Notes: generated from the letters alone by a model not told the origin. 64,000 bases of DNA from Escherichia coli (GCF_011045215.1 NZ_CP049201.1); one strand, 5' to 3'; positions 12,813-23,724 are shown, numbered from the stretch's first letter. Numbers and translations: made by a program.

Positions 12813-13535
12813 ATGCAGGATACGGATTTTTTCAGCTGGCGTCGCACGATGCTGTTGCGTTTTCAGAGGATGGAGGCCGCAGAAGAGGTCTACCATGAAA
12901 TAGAGCTTCAGGCTCAGCTGCTGGAGTACGATTACTATTCGTTATGTGTTCGCCACCCGGTACCATTCACTCGACCTAAAGTGGCTTTCTACACCAATTA
13001 CCCTGAGGCGTGGGTTAGTTATTATCAGGCAAAAAACTTTCTCGCAATTGATCCGGTACTGAACCCTGAAAACTTTAGTCAGGGCCATCTAATGTGGAAT
13101 GATGACTTATTCAACGAAGCACAGCCGTTATGGGAAGCCGCGCGCGCACATGGTTTACGCCGCGGTGTCACTCAGTATTTAATGCTGCCAAACCGGGCGC
13201 TGGGCTTTTTGTCCTTTTCCCGTTGCAGCGCGCGCGAAATACCCATTCTTAGTGATGAACTGCAATTAAAAATGCAGTTACTGGTGCGCGAAAGTCTGAT
13301 GGCTCTGATGCGTTTAAATGATGAAATAGTGATGACGCCAGAGATGAATTTCAGCAAGCGCGAAAAAGAAATTCTGAGGTGGACGGCGGAAGGGAAGACA
13401 TCAGCAGAGATAGCGATGATTTTGTCAATCTCTGAGAATACGGTCAATTTCCACCAGAAAAACATGCAGAAAAAAATTAATGCACCAAATAAGACCCAGG
13501 TTGCCTGTTACGCGGCCGCTACTGGCTTAATTTGA
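12813..13535 (+). CDS. sdiA: LuxR-family quorum-sensing regulator SdiA
   Basis: ORF 12801..13535; MQDTDFFSWRRTMLLRFQ...; C-terminal LuxR HTH (EKEILRWTAEGKTSAEIAMILSISENTVNFH). Confidence 0.9.
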   Translation: MQDTDFFSWRRTMLLRFQRMEAAEEVYHEIELQAQLLEYDYYSLCVRHPVPFTRPKVAFYTNYPEAWVSYYQAKNFLAIDPVLNPENFSQGHLMWNDDLFNEAQPLWEAARAHGLRRGVTQYLMLPNRALGFLSFSRCSAREIPILSDELQLKMQLLVRESLMALMRLNDEIVMTPEMNFSKREKEILRWTAEGKTSAEIAMILSISENTVNFHQKNMQKKINAPNKTQVACYAAATGLI

Positions 13536-13564
13536 TCTCTTTTCTGTCCTGCGTGCCAGATGCA

Positions 13565-13600
13565 AAAACCGGCTGAAAGGCACGCTATCAGCCGGTTTTA
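13565..13600. terminator. bidirectional hairpin terminator between convergent sdiA and yecF
   Basis: aaaaaccggctga...tcagccggtttta inverted repeat. Confidence 0.5.
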
Positions 13601-13602
13601 TA

Positions 13603-13827
13603 TTACTGACGGTAGGCTTGTTTAATTTGCTTAACCGTTTTGGAAAATACTGCAGCCTGGGTTTCGTCTTCGATCAGCGCAAGCTGTTTTTCCATCTTTA
13701 ACATCACGCGGCCCGCGTCAGCTTGTCCCATCGCCTGCAGCATCAGCGTCAGCATCGCTTTCAGGCAGGAGACTTCATTTGCCAGTTCTTGATTATTCTC
13801 GGCAGTAGAAAAATCAGGCGTACTCAT
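13603..13827 (-). CDS. yecF: DUF2594 family small protein YecF
   Basis: 74-aa ORF, synteny between sdiA and uvrY. Confidence 0.75.
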
Positions 13828-14285
13828 TTATTTTCCTCGTCATGTTGCAATGAAAATTTGCGGTGAAAAATGTTAAGGCGGCGGAGTATACCATAAGCTT
13901 TGCTAAAAATAGCAGTGGTTGTTTTTTGAGCGTGTCGTCAACGGTGCTATTAAATGCGTTAATATAATGACCAATAAATATTTTTATCATGAATGTTTTT
14001 TGCCCGTATTGTTCGGGTTAATTAATGTTACATATTCAGCGGGCTGATTTTCATTTTTGCTGAATAAAGGTAATTTTTGTCACATTTCGTCGCAGGGCTT
14101 ACTGTGAAACGATCCGGTAAGCCGTTGGTGACGGGCGTGACCATAACTGTGGACAATCGAATTGACAAAAACGAGAGAAAAATCGAATACCCACCATTTT
14201 TAACGTTTCAAAGTTGCAATAAAAACCGCTAATATACGAATGACTAACTATCAGTAGCGTTATCCCTATTTCTGGAGATATTCCT

Positions 14286-14942
14286 TTGATCAACGTTCTA
14301 CTTGTTGATGACCACGAACTGGTGCGCGCAGGGATACGACGCATTCTGGAAGATATAAAGGGTATAAAAGTCGTCGGTGAGGCATCGTGCGGTGAAGACG
14401 CCGTTAAGTGGTGCCGGGCAAATGCCGTTGACGTGGTGCTAATGGACATGAGTATGCCGGGCATTGGCGGTCTTGAGGCGACGCGTAAAATCGCGCGTTC
14501 CACAGCTGATGTAAAAATCATCATGCTTACCGTCCATACAGAAAACCCTTTACCAGCGAAAGTCATGCAGGCCGGTGCTGCGGGCTACCTCAGCAAAGGC
14601 GCGGCTCCGCAGGAAGTCGTGAGTGCGATCCGTTCTGTCTATTCTGGGCAGCGTTACATTGCTTCTGACATCGCTCAACAAATGGCATTAAGCCAGATCG
14701 AACCAGAAAAAACAGAAAGCCCATTTGCCAGTTTGTCTGAACGTGAATTGCAGATTATGCTGATGATCACCAAGGGCCAGAAGGTCAATGAGATCTCAGA
14801 ACAGCTCAATCTCAGTCCGAAAACGGTGAACAGCTACCGCTATCGTATGTTCAGCAAACTAAACATTCATGGCGATGTTGAGCTGACTCACCTGGCAATT
14901 CGCCATGGTCTGTGTAATGCGGAGACATTATCAAGTCAGTGA
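14286..14942 (+). CDS. uvrY: two-component response regulator UvrY (NarL/FixJ family)
   Basis: 218-aa ORF with TTG start; receiver domain ([10 protein letters not shown]...[11 protein letters not shown]) and LuxR-type HTH; overlaps uvrC start. Confidence 0.95.
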   Translation: MINVLLVDDHELVRAGIRRILEDIKGIKVVGEASCGEDAVKWCRANAVDVVLMDMSMPGIGGLEATRKIARSTADVKIIMLTVHTENPLPAKVMQAGAAGYLSKGAAPQEVVSAIRSVYSGQRYIASDIAQQMALSQIEPEKTESPFASLSERELQIMLMITKGQKVNEISEQLNLSPKTVNSYRYRMFSKLNIHGDVELTHLAIRHGLCNAETLSSQ

Positions 14943-16771
14943 GTGATCAGTTTGACGCAAAAGCGTTTTTAAAAACCGTAACCAGCCAGCCTGGCGTTTA
15001 TCGCATGTACGATGCTGGTGGTACGGTTATCTATGTCGGCAAAGCGAAAGACCTGAAAAAACGGCTTTCCAGCTATTTCCGTAGCAACCTCGCTTCGCGC
15101 AAAACCGAAGCGCTGGTCGCCCAGATCCAGCAAATTGATGTAACGGTTACTCATACAGAAACCGAAGCGCTGTTGCTGGAACACAACTACATCAAACTCT
15201 ATCAGCCGCGTTACAACGTTTTGCTACGCGATGATAAATCATATCCTTTTATCTTCCTGAGTGGCGATACCCACCCGCGTCTGGCGATGCATCGTGGTGC
15301 AAAGCATGCCAAAGGTGAATATTTCGGCCCGTTCCCGAATGGCTATGCCGTACGTGAAACACTGGCGCTACTGCAAAAGATTTTCCCCATTCGCCAGTGC
15401 GAAAATAGTGTTTATCGCAATCGCTCGCGTCCATGTCTGCAATATCAGATAGGGCGCTGTCTGGGACCGTGCGTTGAAGGACTGGTGAGTGAAGAAGAAT
15501 ACGCTCAGCAGGTCGAGTATGTGCGCCTGTTTTTGTCTGGCAAAGATGATCAGGTGCTTACGCAACTGATTAGCCGTATGGAAACTGCCAGTCAGAATCT
15601 GGAGTTTGAAGAAGCGGCACGTATTCGCGACCAAATTCAGGCGGTGCGACGCGTCACCGAAAAACAGTTTGTTTCCAATACCGGCGACGACCTTGACGTT
15701 ATTGGTGTGGCGTTCGATGCGGGCATGGCTTGTGTCCACGTATTGTTCATTCGTCAGGGCAAAGTGCTTGGCAGCCGCAGCTATTTCCCGAAAGTGCCTG
15801 GCGGTACGGAACTGAGCGAGGTGGTGGAAACCTTCGTAGGACAGTTCTATTTACAAGGCAGCCAGATGCGCACCTTACCGGGTGAGATCCTGCTCGATTT
15901 TAATCTTAGCGATAAAACGCTGCTCGCCGATTCCCTTTCAGAACTGGCGGGACGCAAGATTAATGTTCAAACCAAACCTCGCGGCGATAGGGCGCGTTAT
16001 CTGAAACTCGCGCGCACCAATGCGGCGACGGCCTTAACCAGCAAACTTTCGCAGCAATCTACCGTTCACCAGCGGCTTACAGCACTTGCCAGCGTGTTGA
16101 AATTGCCGGAAGTGAAGCGGATGGAGTGCTTTGACATCAGCCATACCATGGGTGAACAAACCGTCGCTTCCTGTGTGGTGTTTGATGCTAACGGCCCGCT
16201 GCGTGCGGAGTATCGGCGCTATAACATTACTGGCATCACGCCGGGCGATGATTATGCGGCGATGAATCAGGTGCTGCGTCGGCGTTATGGTAAAGCCATC
16301 GACGACAGTAAGATCCCGGATGTGATACTTATCGACGGCGGCAAAGGCCAGCTTGTGCAGGCGAAAAATGTCTTCGCCGAACTGGATGTCTCATGGGATA
16401 AAAATCATCCGCTGCTACTTGGCGTTGCCAAAGGAGCAGATCGTAAGGCTGGGCTGGAAACGCTGTTCTTTGAGCCGGAAGGTGAGGGATTCAGTTTGCC
16501 GCCAGATTCTCCCGCGCTGCATGTTATCCAGCATATTCGCGATGAATCACATGATCACGCGATTGGCGGGCACCGTAAAAAACGGGCGAAGGTCAAAAAT
16601 ACCAGTTCCCTGGAAACCATTGAAGGCGTCGGGCCAAAACGCCGGCAAATGTTGTTGAAATATATGGGCGGTTTGCAAGGTTTACGTAACGCCAGCGTCG
16701 AGGAAATTGCAAAAGTGCCGGGTATTTCGCAAGGTCTGGCAGAAAAGATCTTCTGGTCGTTGAAACATTGA
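14939..16771 (+). CDS. uvrC: excinuclease ABC subunit C
   Basis: 610-aa ORF, GIY-YIG N-terminus ([24 protein letters not shown]), GTG start overlapping uvrY. Confidence 0.95.
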   Translation: MSDQFDAKAFLKTVTSQPGVYRMYDAGGTVIYVGKAKDLKKRLSSYFRSNLASRKTEALVAQIQQIDVTVTHTETEALLLEHNYIKLYQPRYNVLLRDDKSYPFIFLSGDTHPRLAMHRGAKHAKGEYFGPFPNGYAVRETLALLQKIFPIRQCENSVYRNRSRPCLQYQIGRCLGPCVEGLVSEEEYAQQVEYVRLFLSGKDDQVLTQLISRMETASQNLEFEEAARIRDQIQAVRRVTEKQFVSNTGDDLDVIGVAFDAGMACVHVLFIRQGKVLGSRSYFPKVPGGTELSEVVETFVGQFYLQGSQMRTLPGEILLDFNLSDKTLLADSLSELAGRKINVQTKPRGDRARYLKLARTNAATALTSKLSQQSTVHQRLTALASVLKLPEVKRMECFDISHTMGEQTVASCVVFDANGPLRAEYRRYNITGITPGDDYAAMNQVLRRRYGKAIDDSKIPDVILIDGGKGQLVQAKNVFAELDVSWDKNHPLLLGVAKGADRKAGLETLFFEPEGEGFSLPPDSPALHVIQHIRDESHDHAIGGHRKKRAKVKNTSSLETIEGVGPKRRQMLLKYMGGLQGLRNASVEEIAKVPGISQGLAEKIFWSLKH

Positions 16772-16827
16772 TGTCTCTGTAGCAACATAGGGGTAATCTT
16801 ACTGACAACAGATAGTTACCCGTCATT

Positions 16828-17376
16828 ATGCAATTTAATATCCCTACGTTGCTTACACTGTTCCGTGTCATCCTTATCCCATTCTTTGTATTGGTCTTTT
16901 ATCTGCCTGTCACCTGGTCGCCGTTTGCCGCCGCGCTCATTTTCTGCGTCGCGGCGGTGACTGACTGGTTCGATGGTTTTCTGGCACGCCGCTGGAACCA
17001 GAGTACCCGGTTTGGTGCTTTCCTTGACCCTGTAGCAGATAAAGTTCTCGTGGCTATCGCCATGGTGCTGGTAACCGAGCATTACCACAGCTGGTGGGTG
17101 ACCTTACCGGCGGCAACGATGATCGCCCGTGAAATTATTATTTCTGCGCTACGCGAATGGATGGCGGAGTTGGGTAAACGCAGTAGCGTGGCTGTCTCCT
17201 GGATTGGGAAAGTGAAAACCACTGCCCAGATGGTGGCGTTGGCATGGCTGCTGTGGCGTCCGAACATTTGGGTTGAGTACGCCGGTATTGCACTTTTCTT
17301 TGTGGCTGCGGTACTGACTCTGTGGTCAATGTTGCAATATTTGAGCGCTGCGCGTGCAGATTTGCTTGATCAGTGA
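16828..17376 (+). CDS. pgsA: CDP-diacylglycerol--glycerol-3-phosphate 3-phosphatidyltransferase
   Basis: 182-aa membrane ORF with CDP-alcohol phosphatidyltransferase motif ([27 protein letters not shown]). Confidence 0.95.
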
Positions 17377-17527
17377 TCGTTTCGGCGCAATTTTCAGCAA
17401 ACGATCAAAAGTGGTGAAAAATATCGTTGACTCATCGCGCCAGGTAAGTAGAATGCAACGCATCGAACGGCGGCACTGATTGCCAGACGATAATAAAATC
17501 AAGTGATTAACTGATTGCTTGATGAAT

Positions 17528-17603
<76 letters not shown>

Positions 17604-17656
17604 GTTTAAAAGGCATCGGCGTCAGCGGATGTCTGGCTGAAAGGCCTGAAGAATTT

Positions 17657-17730
17657 GGCGCGTTAACAAAGCGGTTATGTAGCGGATTGCAAATCCGTCT
17701 AGTCCGGTTCGACTCCGGAACGCGCCTCCA
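17657..17730 (+). tRNA. cysT: tRNA-Cys (anticodon GCA)
   Basis: GGCGCGTTAACAAAGCGGTTATGTAGCGGATTGCAAATCCGTCTAGTCCGGTTCGACTCCGGAACGCGCCTCCA. Confidence 0.95.
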
Positions 17731-17742
17731 CTTTCTTCCCGA

Positions 17743-17829
17743 GCCCGGATGGTGGAATCGGTAGACACAAGGGATTTAAAATCCCTCGGCGTTCGCGCTG
17801 TGCGGGTTCAAGTCCCGCTCCGGGTACCA
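17743..17829 (+). tRNA. leuZ: tRNA-Leu (anticodon TAA)
   Basis: GCCCGGATGGTGGAATCGGTAGACACAAGGGATTTAAAATCCC...GGGTTCAAGTCCCGCTCCGGGTACCA; long variable arm typical of tRNA-Leu; its 3' 55 nt are duplicated at 39473. Confidence 0.95.
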
Positions 17830-17898
17830 TGGGAAAGATAAGAATAAAATCAAAGCAATAAGCAGTGTCGTGAAACCACCTTCGGGTGGTTTTTTTGT
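17775..17898 (+). repeat. attL: 124-bp direct repeat (3' 55 nt of leuZ plus 69 nt downstream including terminator hairpin)
   Basis: Identical by eye to 39473..39596; sequence diverges immediately outside both copies. Confidence 0.85.
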
Positions 17899-18370
17899 AT
17901 TTGTATTTTGAGCAATGGCGGTAGAGTGGCGGTGGTGTGGCGATATGCAGAAACAACAATGGTAGTGCACGTGCTGTTTAAGCTCTAAGGATGAAGCAGA
18001 ATTCTCCTGCAGCTCCTCCGTATTTCGCATAGTGAACCAAGACTTCGGTTAAACAAAATTTTTCTGGGATTTTTCCACTCGACTTCATTTTTCCTCCAGT
18101 CATCCACCAAAGGTACCTGCGCTAATCTATCTTTTTTAATCTGACAACATCCTGAGAAAAGGCAAATTCGTCAGATTTACTGTTTTTTCTACTGCTTCGA
18201 ATGCCGATGTCTGCAGTACTGATAAGAGCTCTATCTCTTTGATATAGATCTTTTATTTGATGAATTGCTCGACATATTATCGTTATGACACCTTCTTGTT
18301 AAAGGTGTTGTACTCCACATCTCGATTTTATGATGTGGGTTATGATTGGTTAGTAATAGAGTGTATCGGT

Positions 18371-18652
18371 ATGCGATGTGGTTTATTAATGGCAATCTGC
18401 TTTTGTTTGGTATCTTTTAGTGGGTATGCAGCAACAGGAAAGTCTGATGTTCAGATCAAGAAAGAAATAATTAAAGAATCCATTGAATCATATCCAGGCA
18501 ATTGTGCGTGTCCTTATAATCATGCAAGGAATGGTAGTAGGTGTGGTGGACGCAGTGCATATAGCCGTACTGGAGGGTATGATGTGGTATGTTATGAGAG
18601 TGATGTTACTGATGAAATGATCCGGCAATGGAAGCAGGAGAATGCTGATTAA
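18371..18652 (+). CDS. small Cys-rich secreted protein of unknown function (prophage cargo)
   Basis: ORF 18257..18652; probable start MRCGLLMAICFCLVSFSGYA (signal peptide) followed by GNCACPYNHARNGSRCGGRSAYSRTGGYDVVCYESD; AT-rich; followed by hairpin terminator 18729..18761. Confidence 0.5.
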   Translation: MRCGLLMAICFCLVSFSGYAATGKSDVQIKKEIIKESIESYPGNCACPYNHARNGSRCGGRSAYSRTGGYDVVCYESDVTDEMIRQWKQENAD

Positions 18653-18843
18653 TTACTTTTGACTGGTTTGTTTTGCGAGCATTATGTGTGTTGTTAACGG
18701 TACCCTAGCTAAGTGAGAGTTCCAAAATAAAACCCGCAGTTTTTACGCTGCGGGTTTTATTGTTTCTGTCGATGGGATAGGGTGCCACTTCGGCCAGCCT
18801 TGGCAACCGATTGACGGGGGATTACTCCCCCGTCGCGGTTTCC

Positions 18844-18984
18844 TTACTGCTTACACTGTAAGAACGCCGCAAACTCCGCTCCCCAGAAGCTCATCCGTAT
18901 TTCACACAGCGAACCGTGCAGCATCCAGATGATGAGGATTACCGTCACGCAGAACGTGATGGCCGTAAGCGATTTTTGCGACAT
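18844..18984 (-). CDS. Hok/Gef-family type I toxin (46 aa)
   Basis: Manual translation MSQKSLTAITFCVTVILIIWMLHGSLCEIRMSFWGAEFAAFLQCKQ: single TM helix followed by SLCEIR and ...AAF motif as in Hok/Gef; AGGAG-like SD upstream; too short for the ORF track. Confidence 0.7.
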   Translation of the reverse strand: MSQKSLTAITFCVTVILIIWMLHGSLCEIRMSFWGAEFAAFLQCKQ

Positions 18985-19165
18985 AGCGCTTGCTCCTTTT
19001 TAGGGGAGGCGCTAACCTATCACTTGCTAAGGTTAGATGGTTAGGGCCTCGGTTAAACAGGGATGTTTTCCGGGGCCTTTCCACATCTGGCCTTCGGGCA
19101 TACCCTCCGACCATCAGCCGAAAGGCACCCGCGCGTAATCTATCGTTTTTTTGTTGCTTCGGCAA
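18902..19165 (-). other. mok-like overlapping reading frame upstream of and overlapping the hok-like gene
   Basis: 87-aa ORF in another frame that starts upstream of and runs across the hok start, the arrangement seen for mok in hok/sok loci; sequence itself not recognisable. Confidence 0.35.
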
Positions 19166-19174
19166 TTCTGCTCG

Positions 19175-19435
19175 TTAATTCTGAGGTAAAGGCAAACTCA
19201 TCTGATTGTTTCCCCTGTGTGACGTTGGCAGTTCATGCCACGGGATACCTTCTGAAGATCGAACGCCTGAGGTGTGTTTCGATGTGAATTTATGGAAAGC
19301 TTCCAGTGTTGAGAAGCATACGCCGCATTCCAGGTTGTTACACTGGTAATACTTTTGTCGGACGGTGTTTGAATCATTTTCCGGACGACTTGTGCGGATA
19401 CGGGCAGATGCGCCACAAAGCGGACAACGGAACAT
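19175..19435 (-). CDS. ogr: Ogr/Delta-family zinc-finger late-gene transcription activator
   Basis: MFRCPLCGASARIRTSRPENDSNTVRQKYYQCNNLECGVCF: CPLC...CxxxxC pattern and layout as in P2 Ogr (MFHCPLCQHAAHARTSR...YHQCQNVNCSATF). Confidence 0.8.
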   Translation of the reverse strand: MFRCPLCGASARIRTSRPENDSNTVRQKYYQCNNLECGVCFSTLEAFHKFTSKHTSGVRSSEGIPWHELPTSHRGNNQMSLPLPQN

Positions 19436-19678
19436 AGCAACCTCCCTTTAGGTGGTGCTATTCTAAATTTCATCAATGCAGATTCCAACTCCTTCCCACT
19501 TTAAGCGAAGGATGGTGATAAAGTCAGAAGATGTTAGATGAAATCTAAACGGGCGATAAGTTTTCCAATATTTGAATAACAACGTGGCAGGATTTTTGTT
19601 TATCAATTATCTTACACTTTTAAGTGTAATAAATTTGTTAGTGATGACAATATTGTGAGAGGAGATTATCAATTGAAG

Positions 19679-21077
19679 ATGGCAAAAAATAACAATGATA
19701 AAATGCGGGCAAAGTATAGGCCGTTCATAAATATATGGGAACATCTTCCTTCTGAGTTCAATGAACTCATCAAGACGTTAATGGTGCTGATACGGCAAGG
19801 GGAAAATGTGGGAGCTCAGCAAAGGGAGCTTGATTCCATCGAAAACTTCAAACACCTGTTAAGTGGATGGAAGCGGGCGCAAAGGATCATAGCTGATGAA
19901 CTCATTATCAGGCTTTCTCAAATCAAGGATCTGGAGTTAGAAAAGAATTGTGCCCATTCAAAAAAGGACTATGAAACAAAGAAGAAGTGTATACGCAATA
20001 TTGAAAGGACTAGACTAGAAATTAGGATTTTACGTAGGTGCATTGATTCAATTGTATGGGCGATATTCCGCAATGAACACTCGTCTATAAGACGTTTACC
20101 TATAAATAGAAATACTGACAATCTGACAATATTTAATATACATGATTCAATGGTGGTAGCAGATGAAATCAATGCTGATCCGATGGCTATAGCTGTTATC
20201 ACTGATATTACTACGTTTGTACATACTGGTGATTTACTTGCGTTAATACCTCAGCAAGGCATAACTTTAATTGAAATAAAAAGTGGTAAGAAAAATATAG
20301 AGTTTTCAAAGGCGGCTATGTTCTCAGTGCAAAGTAAATGTCTTCATTTTGATGAGATTTATAGAAAAGACCTTGATAAAAATGACTTGAAACACTATGA
20401 CAGAGCTAAGCGTCAACTTAAAAGAGCTCAAAATGTGATAGATGTCATTGAGACTGGTAAGGGATTTGATAACTTTTTTCAGTCTCAAGTAACAATTCAT
20501 GACAGAGATTTTTGTCCCGATTTTTATACAGATAAGATTATTGAGCTTTGGTATGAGATATATAACGGTAAAACTTGGGCGATTACTGACATTAATGATT
20601 GTTTATTCCTTGGGGCATATATTAATTCTAATATGGGTTTTTGCGGTTTTAATGGATGGATGGAGGTATCTAGAATATCGGGGAGAGTGGTTTAATATTC
20701 TTGATAGCTTTTCAGATGCTTTATCACGTCCATTTTTTAGTTTGAACCTACCTGATAAATTGCTTCTGGATATCATTAATGGCAATCTAATTGTTGTGCT
20801 GTGTTTCGATCATCGTCGTTTCGTAGAAAGAGCAAATAAAAAATACCCCGGGATTTATGAGTTATTGGATTTTCCATCTCCGAAGATTAATCCTATGAGT
20901 ATGCTTTCCATCAATGGGAAGGGGGTAGTTTCTAGTGTTGATGGACAGAGTGTTTTTATTGGAAATGGTTACGAAACTCGGATTATTTTTGATCAGCAAT
21001 ATCCAGATAGTCTGATTAAGTGGTCATACCATATGAGTGATCTCAAAAAAATATTGATAAAAAAAAGCGTAAAATGA
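19679..21077 (+). pseudogene. ~470-aa cargo protein with PD-(D/E)xK-like nuclease motif, interrupted by a frameshift near 20660-20690
   Basis: ORFs 19655..20695 and 20499..21077 overlap in different frames; protein-like sequence continues across frames around the direct repeat ggatggatgg; motif HTGDLLALIPQQGITLIEIKSGK (D ... E-x-K); AT-rich; upstream palindrome ttacacttt/taagtgtaa (19612..19629). Confidence 0.5.
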
Positions 21078-21272
21078 AAAAGGAAACGCAAAGAAAAATA
21101 AAAGAGAAAAGAAAACGTAGCAGAAAACAATGCTTAAACTAACACATCTAATGCTTTAATTTGCTTTACTGTTACAATGTCCGCTTACTGGTACAGGGCG
21201 GACTGCCATATTAGATTTGGTTCTATCTCGTAAGAGTGGCCGTTCAGGTCTGCACTAATACATCTGAATGGT

Positions 21273-22382
21273 TCACTCTGTTTCTGCTATCCATTCCGGG
21301 ATTTTTGCTTCAAGCTCAAGCTGCGTGGTAAAGCCGCTGTTATCAATGGTGTGCTCGGCTTTTGCAATAATCCAGTCCTGATTATCAATCTCGCTTTTAA
21401 ATCCTGTTACCGTGCCATGCATTTCGGGGTAGAGTTCTGCGCGTCCGCGTGCCAGTGTGATGGAGAATGATGCGGCTCCGCGTTGTAGTTGTTGCCACTT
21501 TGCCGCCGCTGCGCGTCTTGCTGCCTGCTCGTTCTGATAAGTCTTGCGTAACACAAACACATTGCCTTCCGCGCCTTCCATATAATCACCTTCACGGCTG
21601 CTGCTTTTCTCTTTTTTCGGTTTTGGCGGTTTGCGGCGTTTCACGCTGACTTTTTTCTTTTTCCCGTAATTAAGATCAAGCCAGTAAGCGCGTACCCCCG
21701 TATACGCCTCGCGGTCAGCAATGCGGAACTGATGGCGATCGCCGCTGCTGCGTGTGATGGCGAACGAGGGCAACGGCTGGCCCTGTGCGTTCACGCCACC
21801 GCCGGGCATGATGAATAACAGATTACCGCTTTTTACCGTGGTGATTGCGCCCAGCATTTCCGCCATGCGCGTAAGGAAGGACATGTCACTTTCTTCGGTC
21901 TGGTCGGCGTGGTCGATTTCGATATCCATCAGCATTTCGCTGATTTGCGGTTTCAGACCGTACCGATGAGCGATGGCGGATACCACACGCTCAACGGTCA
22001 CATCATGCCAGGACATCTCACGTTTAACGTTAAATTCATCCCGAAAATCTGCGCTTCTGGCTGAAACAGTCAGCCTGTCCGGCGGTCCTTCGTGTGCGAT
22101 TTCATCAACAATGTAAGAGCCTTTTTCTGTCAGCGGTTCGCCTTTCCAGCCAATGAGAACCGTCAGGCGCGCGCCCCGTGGCGGTAGCCGCAACTGACCA
22201 TCCGCATCATCCAGCGTGATGGTGAGCTGGTCTGCCTCAAATCCCCGGTTGTCGGTCAGCGACAGGCTCATCAGGCGCTCTGCCACGCCGGACAGCGTTT
22301 TACCCTCCGCGAGAATATCAAAATCCGGCATTTTTACGGGGTCTGTGCCCTGACTGAGCAATTGCATGGTGGTGTCGGTCAT
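21273..22382 (-). CDS. P2 gpD-like tail protein (late control gene D)
   Basis: ORF 21273..22514; probable start MTDTTMQLLSQGTDPV...; P2 D-family by recollection and by position next to the tail-gene block. Confidence 0.8.
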   Translation of the reverse strand: MTDTTMQLLSQGTDPVKMPDFDILAEGKTLSGVAERLMSLSLTDNRGFEADQLTITLDDADGQLRLPPRGARLTVLIGWKGEPLTEKGSYIVDEIAHEGPPDRLTVSARSADFRDEFNVKREMSWHDVTVERVVSAIAHRYGLKPQISEMLMDIEIDHADQTEESDMSFLTRMAEMLGAITTVKSGNLLFIMPGGGVNAQGQPLPSFAITRSSGDRHQFRIADREAYTGVRAYWLDLNYGKKKKVSVKRRKPPKPKKEKSSSREGDYMEGAEGNVFVLRKTYQNEQAARRAAAAKWQQLQRGAASFSITLARGRAELYPEMHGTVTGFKSEIDNQDWIIAKAEHTIDNSGFTTQLELEAKIPEWIAETE

Positions 22383-22539
22383 CTGTTCCCTCCCTGTGCG
22401 GCATGGTCGCATGTGCGTGCGGAGGGGGTTACTGCTTTTTGTTGTCGCCGGGTCGGGAGAACGGCGCAGGGGTGAGATTACGCGCGTGGTGGGTGATGAT
22501 TGTTGCCGAATCATTTAACGGATACAAGGGGCTGAAGCT

Positions 22540-23724
22540 ATGAGTGAAACTCGTTTTCATGGTGCCCGTGTTACGGAAAATACCGACCTGGTAACAGCGA
22601 TTAACGATGTTGATTCCAGCGTTATCGGTATCGTGGCAACGGCGGATGATGCGGACGCGAAGCTGTTCCCGCTGAACAAGCCCACACTGCTGACCCGCGT
22701 CAATGACGTGCTGGGAAAATGCGGGACAACGGGGACGCTTTATCGTGCGCTTAAGGCCATCGCAGACCAGGTGAGCACAAAGGTGATCGTCGTTCGCGTG
22801 GCTGAACACAAAGAAGAAGACGGAAAAACGCAGGATCAACTGGTTATCGGTGGTTCTGAATCTGACGGCAGCTATACGGGGATGTATGCGCTGCTTGTTG
22901 CAGAGCAGGATGAAAGCATCGGATACCGTCCGCGTATTCTGGCCGCGCCGGAGCTGGACACGGAGGCGGTAACAAAATCCCTGTGCGTGATTGCGGGTAA
23001 ACTGCGCGCGTTTGTGTATGCCTCATGTCACGGCTGTAACACGATGGCTGAGGCGATTACCTACCGCCAGAAATTCAACGAACGTGAGGTGATGCTCTTA
23101 TGGCCGGACTTCATCGCCTACAACCCGAAAAGTGGCAAAAACGAAACGTTCCCCGCGCCTGCCTATGCGTGCGGCCTTCGTGCGTACATTGACCATGAGC
23201 AGGGATGGCACAAATCACTGTCCAACGTTCCGGTTAAAAATGTGCTGGGGATGTCGAGGCATGTGTTCTGGTCGTTGCAGGCCGAAGACAGCGATGCCAA
23301 CAGCCTCAACAACAAAGAAATCACGACCATTATTCGTCGCAACGGGTTCCGCTTCTGGGGCAACCGCACACCGGAAACGAACGCCTACATCTTTGAGGTG
23401 TATACCCGAACCGCACAGGTGCTGGCTGATTCAATTGCGGAAGCGCAGTTTGAAACCATCGACAGTCCATTAACACCCGCGAACGTGAAGGATGTTATCA
23501 GTGCCATCAGGGCAAAACTGGATTCGCTGGTTACTGCCGGGAAACTGATAGGCGCGGAGTGCTGGTATGACGTGGTGGATAACAGCACCACGGATTTACG
23601 TCAGGGACGTGTGCGTATTCGCTACAAATATACGCCCGTTCCGCCACTGGAAGACATGGAGCTTTACCAGACGTTTACTGATGAATACTTTGAACCCGCA
23701 TTTGCGGTGCTGGGAGGTGCCTGA
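22540..23724 (+). CDS. contractile tail sheath protein (P2 FI-like)
   Basis: 394 aa; shares FPLNKP, KLRAF, WPDF, EQGWHKSLSNV, GFRFWGNRT, YTRTAQV, YTPVPPLE with P2 FI as recalled. Confidence 0.9.
   Translation: MSETRFHGARVTENTDLVTAINDVDSSVIGIVATADDADAKLFPLNKPTLLTRVNDVLGKCGTTGTLYRALKAIADQVSTKVIVVRVAEHKEEDGKTQDQLVIGGSESDGSYTGMYALLVAEQDESIGYRPRILAAPELDTEAVTKSLCVIAGKLRAFVYASCHGCNTMAEAITYRQKFNEREVMLLWPDFIAYNPKSGKNETFPAPAYACGLRAYIDHEQGWHKSLSNVPVKNVLGMSRHVFWSLQAEDSDANSLNNKEITTIIRRNGFRFWGNRTPETNAYIFEVYTRTAQVLADSIAEAQFETIDSPLTPANVKDVISAIRAKLDSLVTAGKLIGAECWYDVVDNSTTDLRQGRVRIRYKYTPVPPLEDMELYQTFTDEYFEPAFAVLGGA

Noticed and set aside
14099-14566. 155-aa minus-strand ORF
   Set aside because: Lies antisense within/upstream of uvrY with low-complexity composition; typical spurious antisense ORF.
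18700-21100. Possible retron (msr/msd plus reverse transcriptase), since retrons often ride on P2-like prophages
   Set aside because: No ORF in the island has reverse-transcriptase motifs (no YxDD box) and none is of RT size adjacent to a structured non-coding region; the structured region near 18800-19170 is better explained by a hok/mok-like locus.
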